A stretch of DNA of 32,000 nucleotides, taken from Bacillota bacterium (GTDB taxonomy: Bacteria > Bacillota > UBA4882 > UBA8346). Of the stretch, positions 1 to 10,000 are shown in pieces. The notes beneath the pieces were generated by a model that did not search any database, was not told the DNA's origin, and saw only the letters and a program-made list of their open reading frames with translations. The first letter of the stretch is position 1. Every line of letters begins with the position of its first letter. The DNA lies in NCBI GenBank assembly GCA_029974635.1, contig JARKQY010000001.1:61433-93432 (forward strand), read 5' to 3'. A program made the position numbers and the translations under genes.

Positions 1-1033
1 TTTTGATTAAAACTTCCCTTAATGACTCATCGTTGAGCACCCGGAAAATGCCTTGGGCCAATTCCAGTGTATCATAAGGGTTAATTTTTAAAGCGGCGTC
101 ACCGACCACTTCCGGCAAGGAGGAGACATTGGAGGTAATCACCGGGGTGCCGCAAGCCATGGCTTCAATGGGCGGCAGTCCGAAACCTTCGTAAAGCGAG
201 GGATATACAAATAAATCGGCGCCGTTGTAAAACAAGGGGAGGTCCTCGGATTTGATAAATCCGGGAAAGATAACTTCCTCTTCCAGGCCAAGGGATTGGA
301 CCAACATCTGCAACCGGTCCAAATGCCTGCCTTCGGGCCCAAAGATAAGTAATTTTTGGCCCGCCGGGAGTTCCCGGTATATTTTGTAGTAGGCATGGAT
401 GAGTTCCATTACGTTTTTCCGGGGGTTCAACCCGCCGATATACAGAAGATAAGGTTTTTTTATCCCGTACATGAGAGCCAGTTTTTGTTTGGTCTCTTGT
501 TTTGGAAGCCTGCGGAAATAGCCGGAAGGCGCCGAAGGGATCACTACGACTTTGGCCGGATTCACTTTAAAAATCCTGAGAATATCATTCTTCGAAGCTT
601 CGGATACCGTTATTAGCCGGTCCGCCTGTTCCACAATTTGGGGCATTTCGGTAATAAACCGTTTCAAAAAACTGGACCGCACCATTTCCGGTAAAACATA
701 GGGGATGAGGTCGTGAACGGTAACTACAATCTTACAAGTTTTGGTGTTTGGAATCCGGAAGCCGTTCTGGGGCAAATGAAAGATATCAGCCCGTTCCTCT
801 GCTAACCAATAAGGCATCTCCAAGGTTTCCCGCTCATCATCCTTGGGTAAAAAATAATGGCTATAATTCCGGGTGAACGGAATATGGGGCGCCGGACGAT
901 TATCCGTCCACAGAAAGGTGTAATCATTTACGATATCCAGTTCGTTTAATTTTTCGATCAAACAAAAAGTATAATTTCCAATCCCCGTTCCGTAGGACCA
1001 TTTAATCGGTCTGGCTTCGATGGCGATTTTCAA
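1..1033 (-). CDS. Glycosyltransferase, GT4 / group-1 family (C-terminal end lies beyond the window start)
   Basis: Uninterrupted minus-strand frame from TTG (complement of 1031-1033) to the window edge. It is absent from the ORF track because it runs off the edge. AGGAG lies 9 nt upstream of the start. My translation reads [23 protein letters not shown]...[13 protein letters not shown]...[12 protein letters not shown]...[42 protein letters not shown], the typical GT-B/GT4 donor-binding C-terminal motif. Confidence 0.85.
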   Translation of the reverse strand, partial: MKIAIEARPIKWSYGTGIGNYTFCLIEKLNELDIVNDYTFLWTDNRPAPHIPFTRNYSHYFLPKDDERETLEMPYWLAEERADIFHLPQNGFRIPNTKTCKIVVTVHDLIPYVLPEMVRSSFLKRFITEMPQIVEQADRLITVSEASKNDILRIFKVNPAKVVVIPSAPSGYFRRLPKQETKQKLALMYGIKKPYLLYIGGLNPRKNVMELIHAYYKIYRELPAGQKLLIFGPEGRHLDRLQMLVQSLGLEEEVIFPGFIKSEDLPLFYNGADLFVYPSLYEGFGLPPIEAMACGTPVITSNVSSLPEVVGDAALKINPYDTLELAQGIFRVLNDESLREVLIK

Positions 1034-1036
1034 CTC

Positions 1037-1415
1037 AAGTGCTCCTTTCGGCGCTCAATATATTCGGTAGTTTCGAGATGCTCGTTCCGTGTTCATTTTT
1101 TCTTGCTCATTCAAGGGGAGCGTTCCATGTTCCGCGTTTAACGTTCAATGTTTTTAAGTGTTTCGGGGATGCTTCGTTCCGCGTTTCGTGTTCATCGTTC
1201 ATCAATTAAGCAGGGAACCTGAATCTTTGACCCTTGAACTCGGAACATTGAACGATACCCTAATCCCAAACCCGAAACACTGAACGATTGGCCCGGAACC
1301 CTAACCCCAAAATCCCGAACCCGAAACCCGGAACGCTGAACGATGGACCCTAACCCTAAAACCCTAAAACCCTAAAACCCTGAACGATAGGCCCGGAAAC
1401 CAAAACCCTAAGCCC
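1037..1415 (-). repeat. Structured intergenic repeat element, copy A (G/T-rich arm plus A/C-rich arm, read on the minus strand)
   Basis: It fills the whole gap between the GHMP kinase stop (1416) and the SD/start of the GT4 gene. 1129-1207 is a perfect 79-bp reverse complement of 25576-25654, and 1078-1094 is the reverse complement of 25651-25667. The flanks are built from degenerate GTTCC/GTTCA/CGAAAC/TGAACGAT motifs in both orientations. Confidence 0.85.
1348..1380 (-). repeat. Telomere-like tandem tract CCC-TAA-CCC-(TAAAACCC)x3; on the minus (sense) strand this gives G3 tracts with 3-5 nt loops
   Basis: Read directly: ccctaaccctaaaaccctaaaaccctaaaaccc. There are three perfect CCCTAAAA units at 1354-1377. 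A second five-tract run lies at 1299-1329 (ccctaaccccaaaatcccgaacccgaaaccc). Confidence 0.9.
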
Positions 1416-2426
1416 TTATTCCACCCTCCAAGTGGTCAAACCTTGGGTTTCAAAACTGAACGGGGTTACTTGGCCGCCCAATTTTTCCAGCTCTGTAGCG
1501 ATGGAATGCTTACGATTATACGGACAATATAACAGCAGGTAACCGCCTCCGCCGGCCCCGAGTATTTTACCCCCTAGGGCGCCTTTAGCCAAAGCAATAT
1601 GATAAAGGTGGTCGATCTTTTCATTGGAAATTGCGCCGGCAAGGTGTTTTTTTTCTATCCAGGCTTGATGCAGCAGTTCCCCCAGTTGATTGAGGCGTCC
1701 TTGAAGCAGGGCGTTTTTCATAGCGATGGTAATGGCCTTTAATTGATCCAATGCATGAAGGGAGCTCTCATTTTTTTTAAGATAACCATCGACTTGGGCC
1801 GCGATGATATTGGCAGAGAGACGTGTCCTTCCGGTGTAACAGAGTAACAAATGATACTCCAGCTCGTTGACGATTGCCGGTGACAATCTTAAAGGATTTA
1901 CGATGGTTTCATTGTGATAAAACTCAATAAAGTTGAATCCGCCGAATACAGCGGCGTATTGGTCCTGCTTGCCGCCTTGGATACCCAGATCGGTCCTTTC
2001 AATTTCATAGGCCAATTTAGCTAATTCGTAATTAGTCCATGGAAGATTCAGCCACTGCCGGAATAACCCCAGGAGAGCCACCACCATGGTGGAGGAGGAG
2101 CCCAATCCGCTCCCCGGAGGTGCATCACTGTGCAAGAACAAGGAAAATCCTTGTTTCCAACCTTCAAACTTCCGGAGAACCGCTTTCACCAGGTCTAGTT
2201 GGCCATTGAAATCCAGTTTTTGGGAGGCCATAAACCTGGCAAAAGTATCAATATCAAGGGATTCTATCTGAATCTCCTGGTCACTGCGGGGTGCCAGGTT
2301 TCCATAACAATATTTATTAATCGTTGAACTGAGAACTACGCCTCCTTTTTCTGAAAGATAGGGTTCAATATCGGTCCCCCCTCCGGCAAAACTGATCCGG
2401 AGCGGCGCCCTGCTGCGGATTTCCAA
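1416..2426 (-). CDS. GHMP-family sugar kinase, HddA-like (D-glycero-D-manno-heptose-7-phosphate kinase / fucokinase-type)
   Basis: 336-aa ORF with a TTG start preceded by AAGGAGG at 7-nt spacing. N-terminal RAPLRISFAGGGTD, the GHMP ATP-binding motif PPGSGLGSSST, and C-terminal KILGAGGGGYLLLY. The specific sugar substrate cannot be assigned from sequence alone. Confidence 0.8.
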   Translation of the reverse strand: MEIRSRAPLRISFAGGGTDIEPYLSEKGGVVLSSTINKYCYGNLAPRSDQEIQIESLDIDTFARFMASQKLDFNGQLDLVKAVLRKFEGWKQGFSLFLHSDAPPGSGLGSSSTMVVALLGLFRQWLNLPWTNYELAKLAYEIERTDLGIQGGKQDQYAAVFGGFNFIEFYHNETIVNPLRLSPAIVNELEYHLLLCYTGRTRLSANIIAAQVDGYLKKNESSLHALDQLKAITIAMKNALLQGRLNQLGELLHQAWIEKKHLAGAISNEKIDHLYHIALAKGALGGKILGAGGGGYLLLYCPYNRKHSIATELEKLGGQVTPFSFETQGLTTWRVE

Positions 2427-2641
2427 GTCGGTGCCTCCTTGTCACGATTAACTCGAATCATTGACGCAAGTACATGAAATTCGGACTTCAGCATAGGATA
2501 TTTTATGATTTGATTTTCGGGAAGGTTCTTGACGCGATTTTTTGGGACCGTCCGAATATAATATGATAAAAGCATATATTGCAGCATGGCAACAATGTAA
2601 GATCATTCTTTTTTCATCATAAATATTGGGAGGTGCCTCAT

Positions 2642-4072
2642 TTGAAATACCATCACGCAGCCGGTAATAAAATCACTTCGTTTGAAGCTGCCCGAGTCCA
2701 GTTTTTAAAATGGAATACAATAATGCAGCGAACCGGACTGAAGCCACGCCGGTTTTTGCAGAAATCCGATGCGGTTTACTTCGGCACCTCGGAGGGATGG
2801 TTCCGACTAAGCTATGCCAGATACAGCAAACCGGAAGTTCATTGGATCCGGAAGCTTTTGGAGTATTTAGATGAATCCTCGTTTCAAAACTGGGCGGTAT
2901 CATGGCGTAAAACCATTGTATGGGAAGAAAATGACCATTGTTATTTGATCCAGCCCTGGGTAATGAATGGCGATTCTTTTCAAAGGGATGATCCAGCTTC
3001 GATTCAACGAATAGCGGAGATTATGGCTGATTTTTACCGTACCGGCAAGGGTTACGTGGAATCTAAAGGGATTGAAATCAGGCGTGACCGTTGGAGCACT
3101 CTTGAGGTTGAATGGGAAGAGAGCCTGAAAAAAATCGCCAAACTTAAAATTGATAGTCTTCCGGAAAAGATCCGCGGCGGAATGGTTGAACTTCAAAAGG
3201 AATTAGCCGTCTTAATCCGGGAAAACATTAACAACTGGCGGAGTTCCGGGATTCATTCATTGCTGGATCATCAACGCCGAGCCGGTGTATTAGGCCATGG
3301 AAATTTAATCAGCCAAAACATCCTATGGCAAAACAATGATCTGGCGTTATTAAATTGGGAATACTTGGCCTTTCAACCCCGGATTCTGGATTTGGCTACA
3401 TTGATTAACGATGCGTCAAATTGGGAACCGGATTGGATTCTTTTTATCATTGGGGAGTTTTCCAAAGCCCAGCCGTTTTGGCGTGAAGAATATACGGCAC
3501 TCCGGATTTTACTGCGGCACCCCTATCATATTATCAGGATGCTTGAGAGAACTCAGCCTGAAGAGTTGGAACGGAAATTTTTAAAAGAGGCGGTGAAAGA
3601 GTTGGCCCGAAAGGAGCGTTGCCTGGGCAAAGTTTGGCGGGAATTAGGCACTGAGAAACGTTGGGGGGGAGGTATACTGACAAATAATTCAGGTATTGAC
3701 AGGCTTTCAATGGTCTTATCTCCAGTGGAAACCTGGGGTGAGTATAATGGACCGGACTCGGTCATCCGGGTCAGGAATGAAGCCAAATTGCCTGAGGACG
3801 TTATGGAGCGGTTGACCTACTTTGAACAGAACCGGATAGTAGGGGGCAGGGATGGGAGTGTACTTGATGGTTCGGTTTTGCCGGTAACAAGGGAGACTGA
3901 AATAGTACCGGAGAAGAAAACTGAGGATAACCCCGGCGCTGAATTTGACACTGGCGGAGGGCTGAGTGATGTTCCCCTACCGGATATTCTCATCAAAGAG
4001 GAGAGCAGTCCTCCGGAAAACTCCACCAGTTCTGTCCATATTATTCAATGGGGCAATTTTCCCAAAAAATAA
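2642..4072 (+). CDS. CotS-family (aminoglycoside-phosphotransferase-fold) spore-coat-kinase-like protein with a degenerate catalytic loop and an acidic C-terminal tail
   Basis: The ORF track starts the frame at TTG 2579, but an in-frame TTG at 2642 has GGGAGGTG 8 nt upstream. CYLIQPWVMNG and LGHGNLISQNILW...LLNWEYLAFQPRILDLATLI align to the CotS/APH HxDxxxxN and DFD regions, with Asn in place of both Asp. The tail is Glu/Pro/Ser-rich low complexity. Confidence 0.65.
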   Translation: MKYHHAAGNKITSFEAARVQFLKWNTIMQRTGLKPRRFLQKSDAVYFGTSEGWFRLSYARYSKPEVHWIRKLLEYLDESSFQNWAVSWRKTIVWEENDHCYLIQPWVMNGDSFQRDDPASIQRIAEIMADFYRTGKGYVESKGIEIRRDRWSTLEVEWEESLKKIAKLKIDSLPEKIRGGMVELQKELAVLIRENINNWRSSGIHSLLDHQRRAGVLGHGNLISQNILWQNNDLALLNWEYLAFQPRILDLATLINDASNWEPDWILFIIGEFSKAQPFWREEYTALRILLRHPYHIIRMLERTQPEELERKFLKEAVKELARKERCLGKVWRELGTEKRWGGGILTNNSGIDRLSMVLSPVETWGEYNGPDSVIRVRNEAKLPEDVMERLTYFEQNRIVGGRDGSVLDGSVLPVTRETEIVPEKKTEDNPGAEFDTGGGLSDVPLPDILIKEESSPPENSTSSVHIIQWGNFPKK

Positions 4073-5128
4073 ATGACAAAGAGTGGCGAAAACTTGATTA
4101 ACTACAGCGGATATGAATCCTATCAGACATTAAAAGCATTTGGAATTGATGCAAAAGTAATGACATTGCTTCCGGAGGAACCTCATAAAATATCAGCGCT
4201 GCCACCGGATTGCTTAATCTTGGAAAATATTGAAAGCAGATATGCTCTATGGATCCATCACGGCCAGGAAGCCTCATTGGCAAATCAAAATCAACTGTTA
4301 CGGTTTTTTGAATTGAGCGGTTTTGAAGGGTTTTTATATCCAATACCTTTAAATGACCATCGGACTTATGCTCCACTTGACGGGCGACGCTGGTTTTATA
4401 TCACCAGATGGCCGGAGTCGCGCCGTATATTGTTTAGTAGTGACAACGACTTGATGGCATTGGTTAATTTGTTAATCGATTTCCGGAAGGTCTTACATGA
4501 TACAGGAGGAGGGTATTTCCTGCCGGAACGCAAGCGAAATGTTGATTTACAAGTTAAAATACCGGCGATGATCCAGAGCTTGCACTCTTTTGCTCTATTG
4601 GCGAAATATCGTTTGAAGCCTACCAACTTCGACAGATTATTCGTGAGGTACTGTCCGGAAGCCATTGTACAAGCGGAACAGTCTCTCAATTTATTAAAGA
4701 CATCCGGTTACCGGGAATTAATTGCGCAAATTACCATCAAAGATATGACGATGAATCGCCTCATTCGCAGTAATTTGCGGATCACCAGCCAAAACCGGGG
4801 TATATGTCTGCGCAGTTCCGACTTGCGGCAGGATTTGCCGATTATCGACCTGGGAACGCTGTTGGTGAAAACAGGGCGTTCCGCCCAATGGAATTTCCAA
4901 TGGTTTGACAGGTTGGTCGCGCAATATAAGCGGTACTTCAGCATCAGCATGAACGAACAAAAAGTATTACTGGCTTTTCTTACTTTTCCCTGGAGTTTTT
5001 ACCGGTTGGCGGCCCGGTATTATTATAACCGCACTGAGTGGCCGTTAGTGACTTATGTTGATCGTCTGGAACGGATTTTGCGAAGTGAATCGGACCGGGT
5101 TAAGTTAGTAACACTATTGGCTCAATAA
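4073..5128 (+). CDS. Second CotS-like kinase-fold protein (more divergent, catalytic motifs degenerate)
   Basis: Its ATG immediately abuts the stop of the previous gene (taaATG). LIRSNLRITSQN...DLPIIDLGTLLVKTG occupies the position of the catalytic loop and the DFD-xx-DLA region. The size (351 aa) and the WFYITRWPES motif resemble the CotS/YutH family. Confidence 0.5.
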   Translation: MTKSGENLINYSGYESYQTLKAFGIDAKVMTLLPEEPHKISALPPDCLILENIESRYALWIHHGQEASLANQNQLLRFFELSGFEGFLYPIPLNDHRTYAPLDGRRWFYITRWPESRRILFSSDNDLMALVNLLIDFRKVLHDTGGGYFLPERKRNVDLQVKIPAMIQSLHSFALLAKYRLKPTNFDRLFVRYCPEAIVQAEQSLNLLKTSGYRELIAQITIKDMTMNRLIRSNLRITSQNRGICLRSSDLRQDLPIIDLGTLLVKTGRSAQWNFQWFDRLVAQYKRYFSISMNEQKVLLAFLTFPWSFYRLAARYYYNRTEWPLVTYVDRLERILRSESDRVKLVTLLAQ

Positions 5129-5324
5129 GGCAATAAAATGATTGCAGCAATATTTTATCGAAAATTTACTGTATTAACCTGCTCAATTCGGTGAAAAGGG
5201 GCAGGATTTCTACAGTTGGTAAGCGAATATATTTTTGAAGAAACTGTAAATGAAGCCGTGCTTTCCTTTTATAACGGAGAGACTCCGCTGCTGTTATCAC
5301 CAATTGTCCATTAGGAGTGATTTG

Positions 5325-7028
5325 GTGTATTTTTCAAAGATATTAAAGCTCATAAACGGTATGGTATTGATTTCGCTGCTGTGTATTACAGGTTTCGTAC
5401 CGATAATTCATGGACAAACAGCTTTTTTCCCGGTAGCAAAGATAAGACCGGGATTAACTGGTTATGGGTATACAGTTTTTGAAGGAACCAAAGTTGAAAA
5501 ATTTAAGGTAAAGGTTTTGGCGGTCATTGGCAGCGGGTACCGGCAGGATAAATTCATACTGGTGAAACTCTCCGGGGACCGTTTGGAAAAAAACGGGGGA
5601 TTATCCGCCGGGATGAGCGGCAGCCCCGTATATATCCGGGGAAAGCTGGTCGGAGCCATCAGTTATGGTTTTGAAAATGGGGATCCGTTTCTGGCATTGG
5701 TTACTCCAATTGAAATAATGGCCCGTTTAATGGATGAGCAAGTTACGCAAAGGTTAATTCCTGCGGGATTGAAAACGGATTTTCATATGGAGCCGGTTCC
5801 GGTAAGAACTCCGGTAATTGTTTCCGGAATGGGACGCCGGGGTTTCGAATTGATTCAAAAGTCCTTACAAGAATACAATCTAGCGCCCGTATTCGTCCCA
5901 AGCTCTGGGATTCAAGGTGTTGACGGTAGAAACACTGCTTTACGCCCGGGAAGCGCCATCAGTGTTCAGATGGTTACCGGTGATTATCAGGTTTCAGCTT
6001 TAGGTACGGTTACCTTGATTGACAATCAGCAATTTTTAGCCTTCGGACATTCTTTTACCAATCAAGGTGCTGTAGATTATTTGGCTTTCACTGCTTTCAT
6101 CTTTCGAACCGTCAAAAACCAGGCAATGCCATTTAAATTTGGCGCGCCCGTTTCTTTCATCGGCAGTATTACCAACGATCGGCAAGCCGGCATACTTGGC
6201 CGGCTGGGTAAAACCCCGGATTTGATTCAGGTGAACGCCAATATTAAGGATAACGATACAAACCGCCGCCATGATCATCATTTTCAAGTCGTTCAGAATG
6301 AACAGGTGTATCGGGATTTGATCATTTCCGGGATAACCGATGCCATCGACAAAACCATTGACCGGGTGGGTGGCGGAACCGCAACCGTAACTTTTGAAAT
6401 TGTCGCAAAAGATGAAACGCAGTTAATCGTAAGGCAAAACCTGTTTTATGGTAAGGATATCGCCGTCAATTGTTTGAAAGATCTGAAAGCGGCGCTGGAT
6501 CTTATAGCATCCAACGAATATGCGCCGGTTCCGCTTAAATCAATTACCATTGATGCCATAATGTGCAACCAACAGGTTTCTGCCAGAATCGTCAAGTTAA
6601 ATAGCGAACTCACCAAGGCGAGACCCGGTGATACCATAACGGTCAGAACCACAATCCGGCCTTATCGCGGCGCAGAATTGACAGTACCGTTTACAATCAA
6701 GTTACCGGAAAACCTCGAACCGGGCAAGTTGACCCTTAGTGTCCAAAGCGGCTCGAAATATCTTCCGGAAGAAAACGAGGACGCCAAAAAAGATGAAACT
6801 AAGACCGGACATCAGAATTTGGGCTCAATAAGCGCCTTGCTTGCCAATTTCACTGATTCACCCAAAAACAATGAATTGATTTTTGAATATCGCACAGTAA
6901 ATGCCAAAAAAGCAGAAGCCGTCAATCCAGGCGGGGAGAATAAGCTTAAGCAAGACAAATTGAAGGCGGCCACGGATTATTTCTTGGTGGGAGAGGCTCA
7001 ATTGACCTTGGATATTGCCAATCAATAA
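5325..7028 (+). CDS. Secreted peptidase S55 (SpoIVB-like) domain protein with a long C-terminal extension
   Basis: The frame is open from 5250, but GTG 5325 has AGGAG 7 nt upstream. It yields a signal-peptide-like N-terminus (MYFSKILKLINGMVLISLLCITGFVPIIHGQ). KVEKFKVKVLAVIG...GGLSAGMSGSPVYIRGKLVGAISYGF matches the SpoIVB Ser-motif region. ALGTVTLIDNQQFLAFGHSF matches the SpoIVB GALGH His-motif region. Confidence 0.75.
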   Translation: MYFSKILKLINGMVLISLLCITGFVPIIHGQTAFFPVAKIRPGLTGYGYTVFEGTKVEKFKVKVLAVIGSGYRQDKFILVKLSGDRLEKNGGLSAGMSGSPVYIRGKLVGAISYGFENGDPFLALVTPIEIMARLMDEQVTQRLIPAGLKTDFHMEPVPVRTPVIVSGMGRRGFELIQKSLQEYNLAPVFVPSSGIQGVDGRNTALRPGSAISVQMVTGDYQVSALGTVTLIDNQQFLAFGHSFTNQGAVDYLAFTAFIFRTVKNQAMPFKFGAPVSFIGSITNDRQAGILGRLGKTPDLIQVNANIKDNDTNRRHDHHFQVVQNEQVYRDLIISGITDAIDKTIDRVGGGTATVTFEIVAKDETQLIVRQNLFYGKDIAVNCLKDLKAALDLIASNEYAPVPLKSITIDAIMCNQQVSARIVKLNSELTKARPGDTITVRTTIRPYRGAELTVPFTIKLPENLEPGKLTLSVQSGSKYLPEENEDAKKDETKTGHQNLGSISALLANFTDSPKNNELIFEYRTVNAKKAEAVNPGGENKLKQDKLKAATDYFLVGEAQLTLDIANQ

Positions 7029-7040
7029 CATGCGAAATGG

Positions 7041-10000
7041 ATGTTCATCATGCTGTTGACTAATCCGTTCCTCAGAAGATCCATCAAACGAAATATTTTG
7101 ATCGTGGTTGTGAGTGCCATATTTTGTATGGTGGTACTATTCTTTGTGCTGCCGTCCCTGCTGTTAAATGATAAGTTTTTGACGGACGGATTTCGAACCA
7201 TGTTACAGAAGGGATTAAAAGAAAGCGGACTTACGGTTGAGATTGGGAATATCCATTGGGAGTCCTGGAACGGTTTGGTTGGGACCCGGATGTTGTTTAG
7301 GGAACGTAATAGCAAGGAAATTATAATTCAAGCCGAACAGGTCCATTTGCGGTTTAATCCGTTCATCTTAATCACCAATTTCAAAAATCCGGAAGCCTGC
7401 CTGCAAAAGATGGTTTTTATGAAACCCCAGTTAGCCATTGAGCGGTACTCCGACAATACTTGGAATTTGCAACGCTATTTCAAGGGCGGGGGCCGCCGTT
7501 TGTTTTTGGCGGGTTTATTACAGTTAAAAGAAGGACAAGTCTCCTTCCGGGACTATGAGTACGGTAATTATATTCTAAACAAGATTAACGGCAAGGTGAA
7601 CTTCAACAAGTATCCGGCTGTAAGCTGGAGTTTAGCCGGAACCAGTCATTTGGGCAGCGAATTGAATTGGAGCAGCCGGGGGGAAATACGCATTGATCAG
7701 CAGGCGGGTTTCGTGAATCTCGCGGTTAAAAACGGTTTATTGGCAAGAGTAAAGCCGTTTATCCCCCCGGTTTTTGATTACCGGATCAGTTCCGGTTATA
7801 CCGATTTGCAATTGAATTTTGTATTAGCGCGCGGTTATTTCGGAGTTGCAAAAGTTAACGCGACGATCCGGGACGCTGTCGTTTCGATATCCCCGCTCCC
7901 GAAAATGATACGCATCAAATATCTGAAGGGAGAAGTATCACCTGATATGATCCGGGTTGGGAAAGGGGATCTTTTGTATGACCAAACTGCAATTGATCTT
8001 TCGGGAAAAATCGATTTGCGGAGTACGAAAATAGACGCCTCCATTGCCGCTGCCCGTATTAATCCGGAAGATTGGCTTCCTTTCTTGAAAGTACCCGCTA
8101 ACTTGAAAATATCGGGCCGGGCCGGTTTGCAGTTGCAAATTGACGGGGAGATTGACGCCCCCCGGGTTAACGGCCGGATTGATCTGGACAAAATCAGCGT
8201 GCCCATTCAAAATGAGCATCAAATCCAACAAGTTTCCGGACGGATCATGATCGTAAATAATAATTTGAAAATCCAGCGGCTGCGGGGAAGCTGGAATCAA
8301 TGCCCATTAGAAATTAGCGGCCAAATTACGGATATTTTAAATCCCAAATTGAACCTGAGTATCGCAGCGTATCATTTTCGATTACAGGATATCAATTTAT
8401 TCCGGAATTTCAATCTGGGGCTAGAAACGAATGATGAATCGGCTTTACATGCCAATATATCCGGAAGTATTCAATCCCCTGAAATTGCGGCGACGGTTAC
8501 TTTTAAGCAATTGATGTACCAGGAAGTACCGGTAAGCGATATTGAACTCCGGTTTGTTTGGAGTACTGCAAAAAATACGGTTCAAATTCGTAACTTGAGC
8601 GGTTATGTCTGGGAAGGAGAACTAGCCATAAAGGGATTGGTCAAATTCGAACCGTCGGGAGTGCGGTGGCGGGCTTCCGGAAAGGTTTCCAGTCTTGATC
8701 TGGGCAAAATTTCTTTGGGGCCTGATCTTCCCATTCAAGGCAAGGTCTCAACGGACGTTGTATTTCGTGGTAATTGGAAAAACGGACAGCCTTTTAAAAT
8801 AGGAAATGTACTTGGTACTTTCACCGGAACACGTCTAACTCTTAGTGATGCCATAGTGGATCAGGCAGAAGGAGTTTTTAACTGGAGTGACGATAATTTG
8901 ATTATCGATTCAATCCAGGCCCAAATCAAACAGGGCCGAATATTTGGTTCCTTGTCCATGGATAACCAGGGGCAGCTTGCAGTGAATCTGAATGCCGAGA
9001 ATATCCGGATGCGCGATTTATTGCCGGATGCCAAGAAATTTCCTTTGGACGGCACGTTTAAAGGTGGCTTCGTGTTTCAAGGGCCACTGAACCAGCTTTC
9101 CGGAAAAATAGACGGTTCCTTTACGGGGATGACCTTAAATTCGAAGCTCATCGGTGATATCACCGGCAGCTTAATATATGGAAATAATCAGATATCCATC
9201 TCGAATCTGTTGCTGACTAGTGATTTGGGAAATTTTTCTATGCAGGGCAATGTTAATCTGGCGGCTGAACCCAATATTGATATCAATATAATCAGTGCCA
9301 ACACCGATTTAAAGGGGTTAATCAAGTGGCTTCCGGTTGATCCGTCACTTACAATCGACGGTTATGGAGAAATCGACCTCAATATAAACGGCAGTATAGA
9401 AAATCCAGAATTTAGCGGCCGGATACATTTAATGGATCCGGCACTGGAGACTGTTAAAATGAAAGAGGGATTCATTGAGTTCCAGGGAAACCTTACGGAA
9501 ATAACACTGACCAGATGCCTGTTGCAAAATAACAATTCGACATTGGAATTTACGGGAAAGGTAAACCGTGACCGGATTGATTTGAACATTTCCGGTCAGG
9601 ACTTTGATTTAAGCGTGTTGGGCGCGGAAGCTCAAGGCCATCGTTTGCAGGGGTTGGTCAATTTTACGGGCCGATTAAGCGGCGCTGTTTCGAATCCAAA
9701 ATTAACCGCTACTATATCCGGTGGCGAATTAAGCTTTGGTTCGTTATCCTACCGGTCGCTACAAGCCAGAGTCAGTTGGAACTCCGGCGGACTAACCATC
9801 GATAGCGCCGAATTGAGACAAGGCGATAGTTCAGTATCATTTAACGGCCGGGTGATATTCTCTAAAACGGTGGAATGTCAATTGGAAGGCAGAGTAACCT
9901 CGCTTGAAATCAATAAACTCCGCCAGTTCGTGAAGATTCCCACCCAGCTAAAAATTGGCGGGACTTTATCGGGGACCGTCAATATCAATGGTCCCATAAA

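Noticed and set aside
356-616. An 86-aa plus-strand ORF and an 85-aa minus-strand ORF (139-396) from the ORF track
   Set aside because: Both lie inside or out of frame with the continuous GT4 reading frame on the minus strand. The GT4 frame has clear family motifs.
1037-1415. A CRISPR array suggested by recurring GAAAC/GTTCC-type motifs
   Set aside because: There are no regularly spaced identical direct repeats with unique spacers. The motifs are short, degenerate and occur in both orientations, and no cas genes are in the window.
2529-2562. A sigma-A promoter TTGACG ... TATAAT upstream of the first CotS-like gene
   Set aside because: The spacer is 22 nt, too long for a sigma-A promoter. 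A mother-cell (sigma-E/K-type) promoter around CATATATT at 2573-2580 is conceivable, but I cannot support it from consensus matching by eye.
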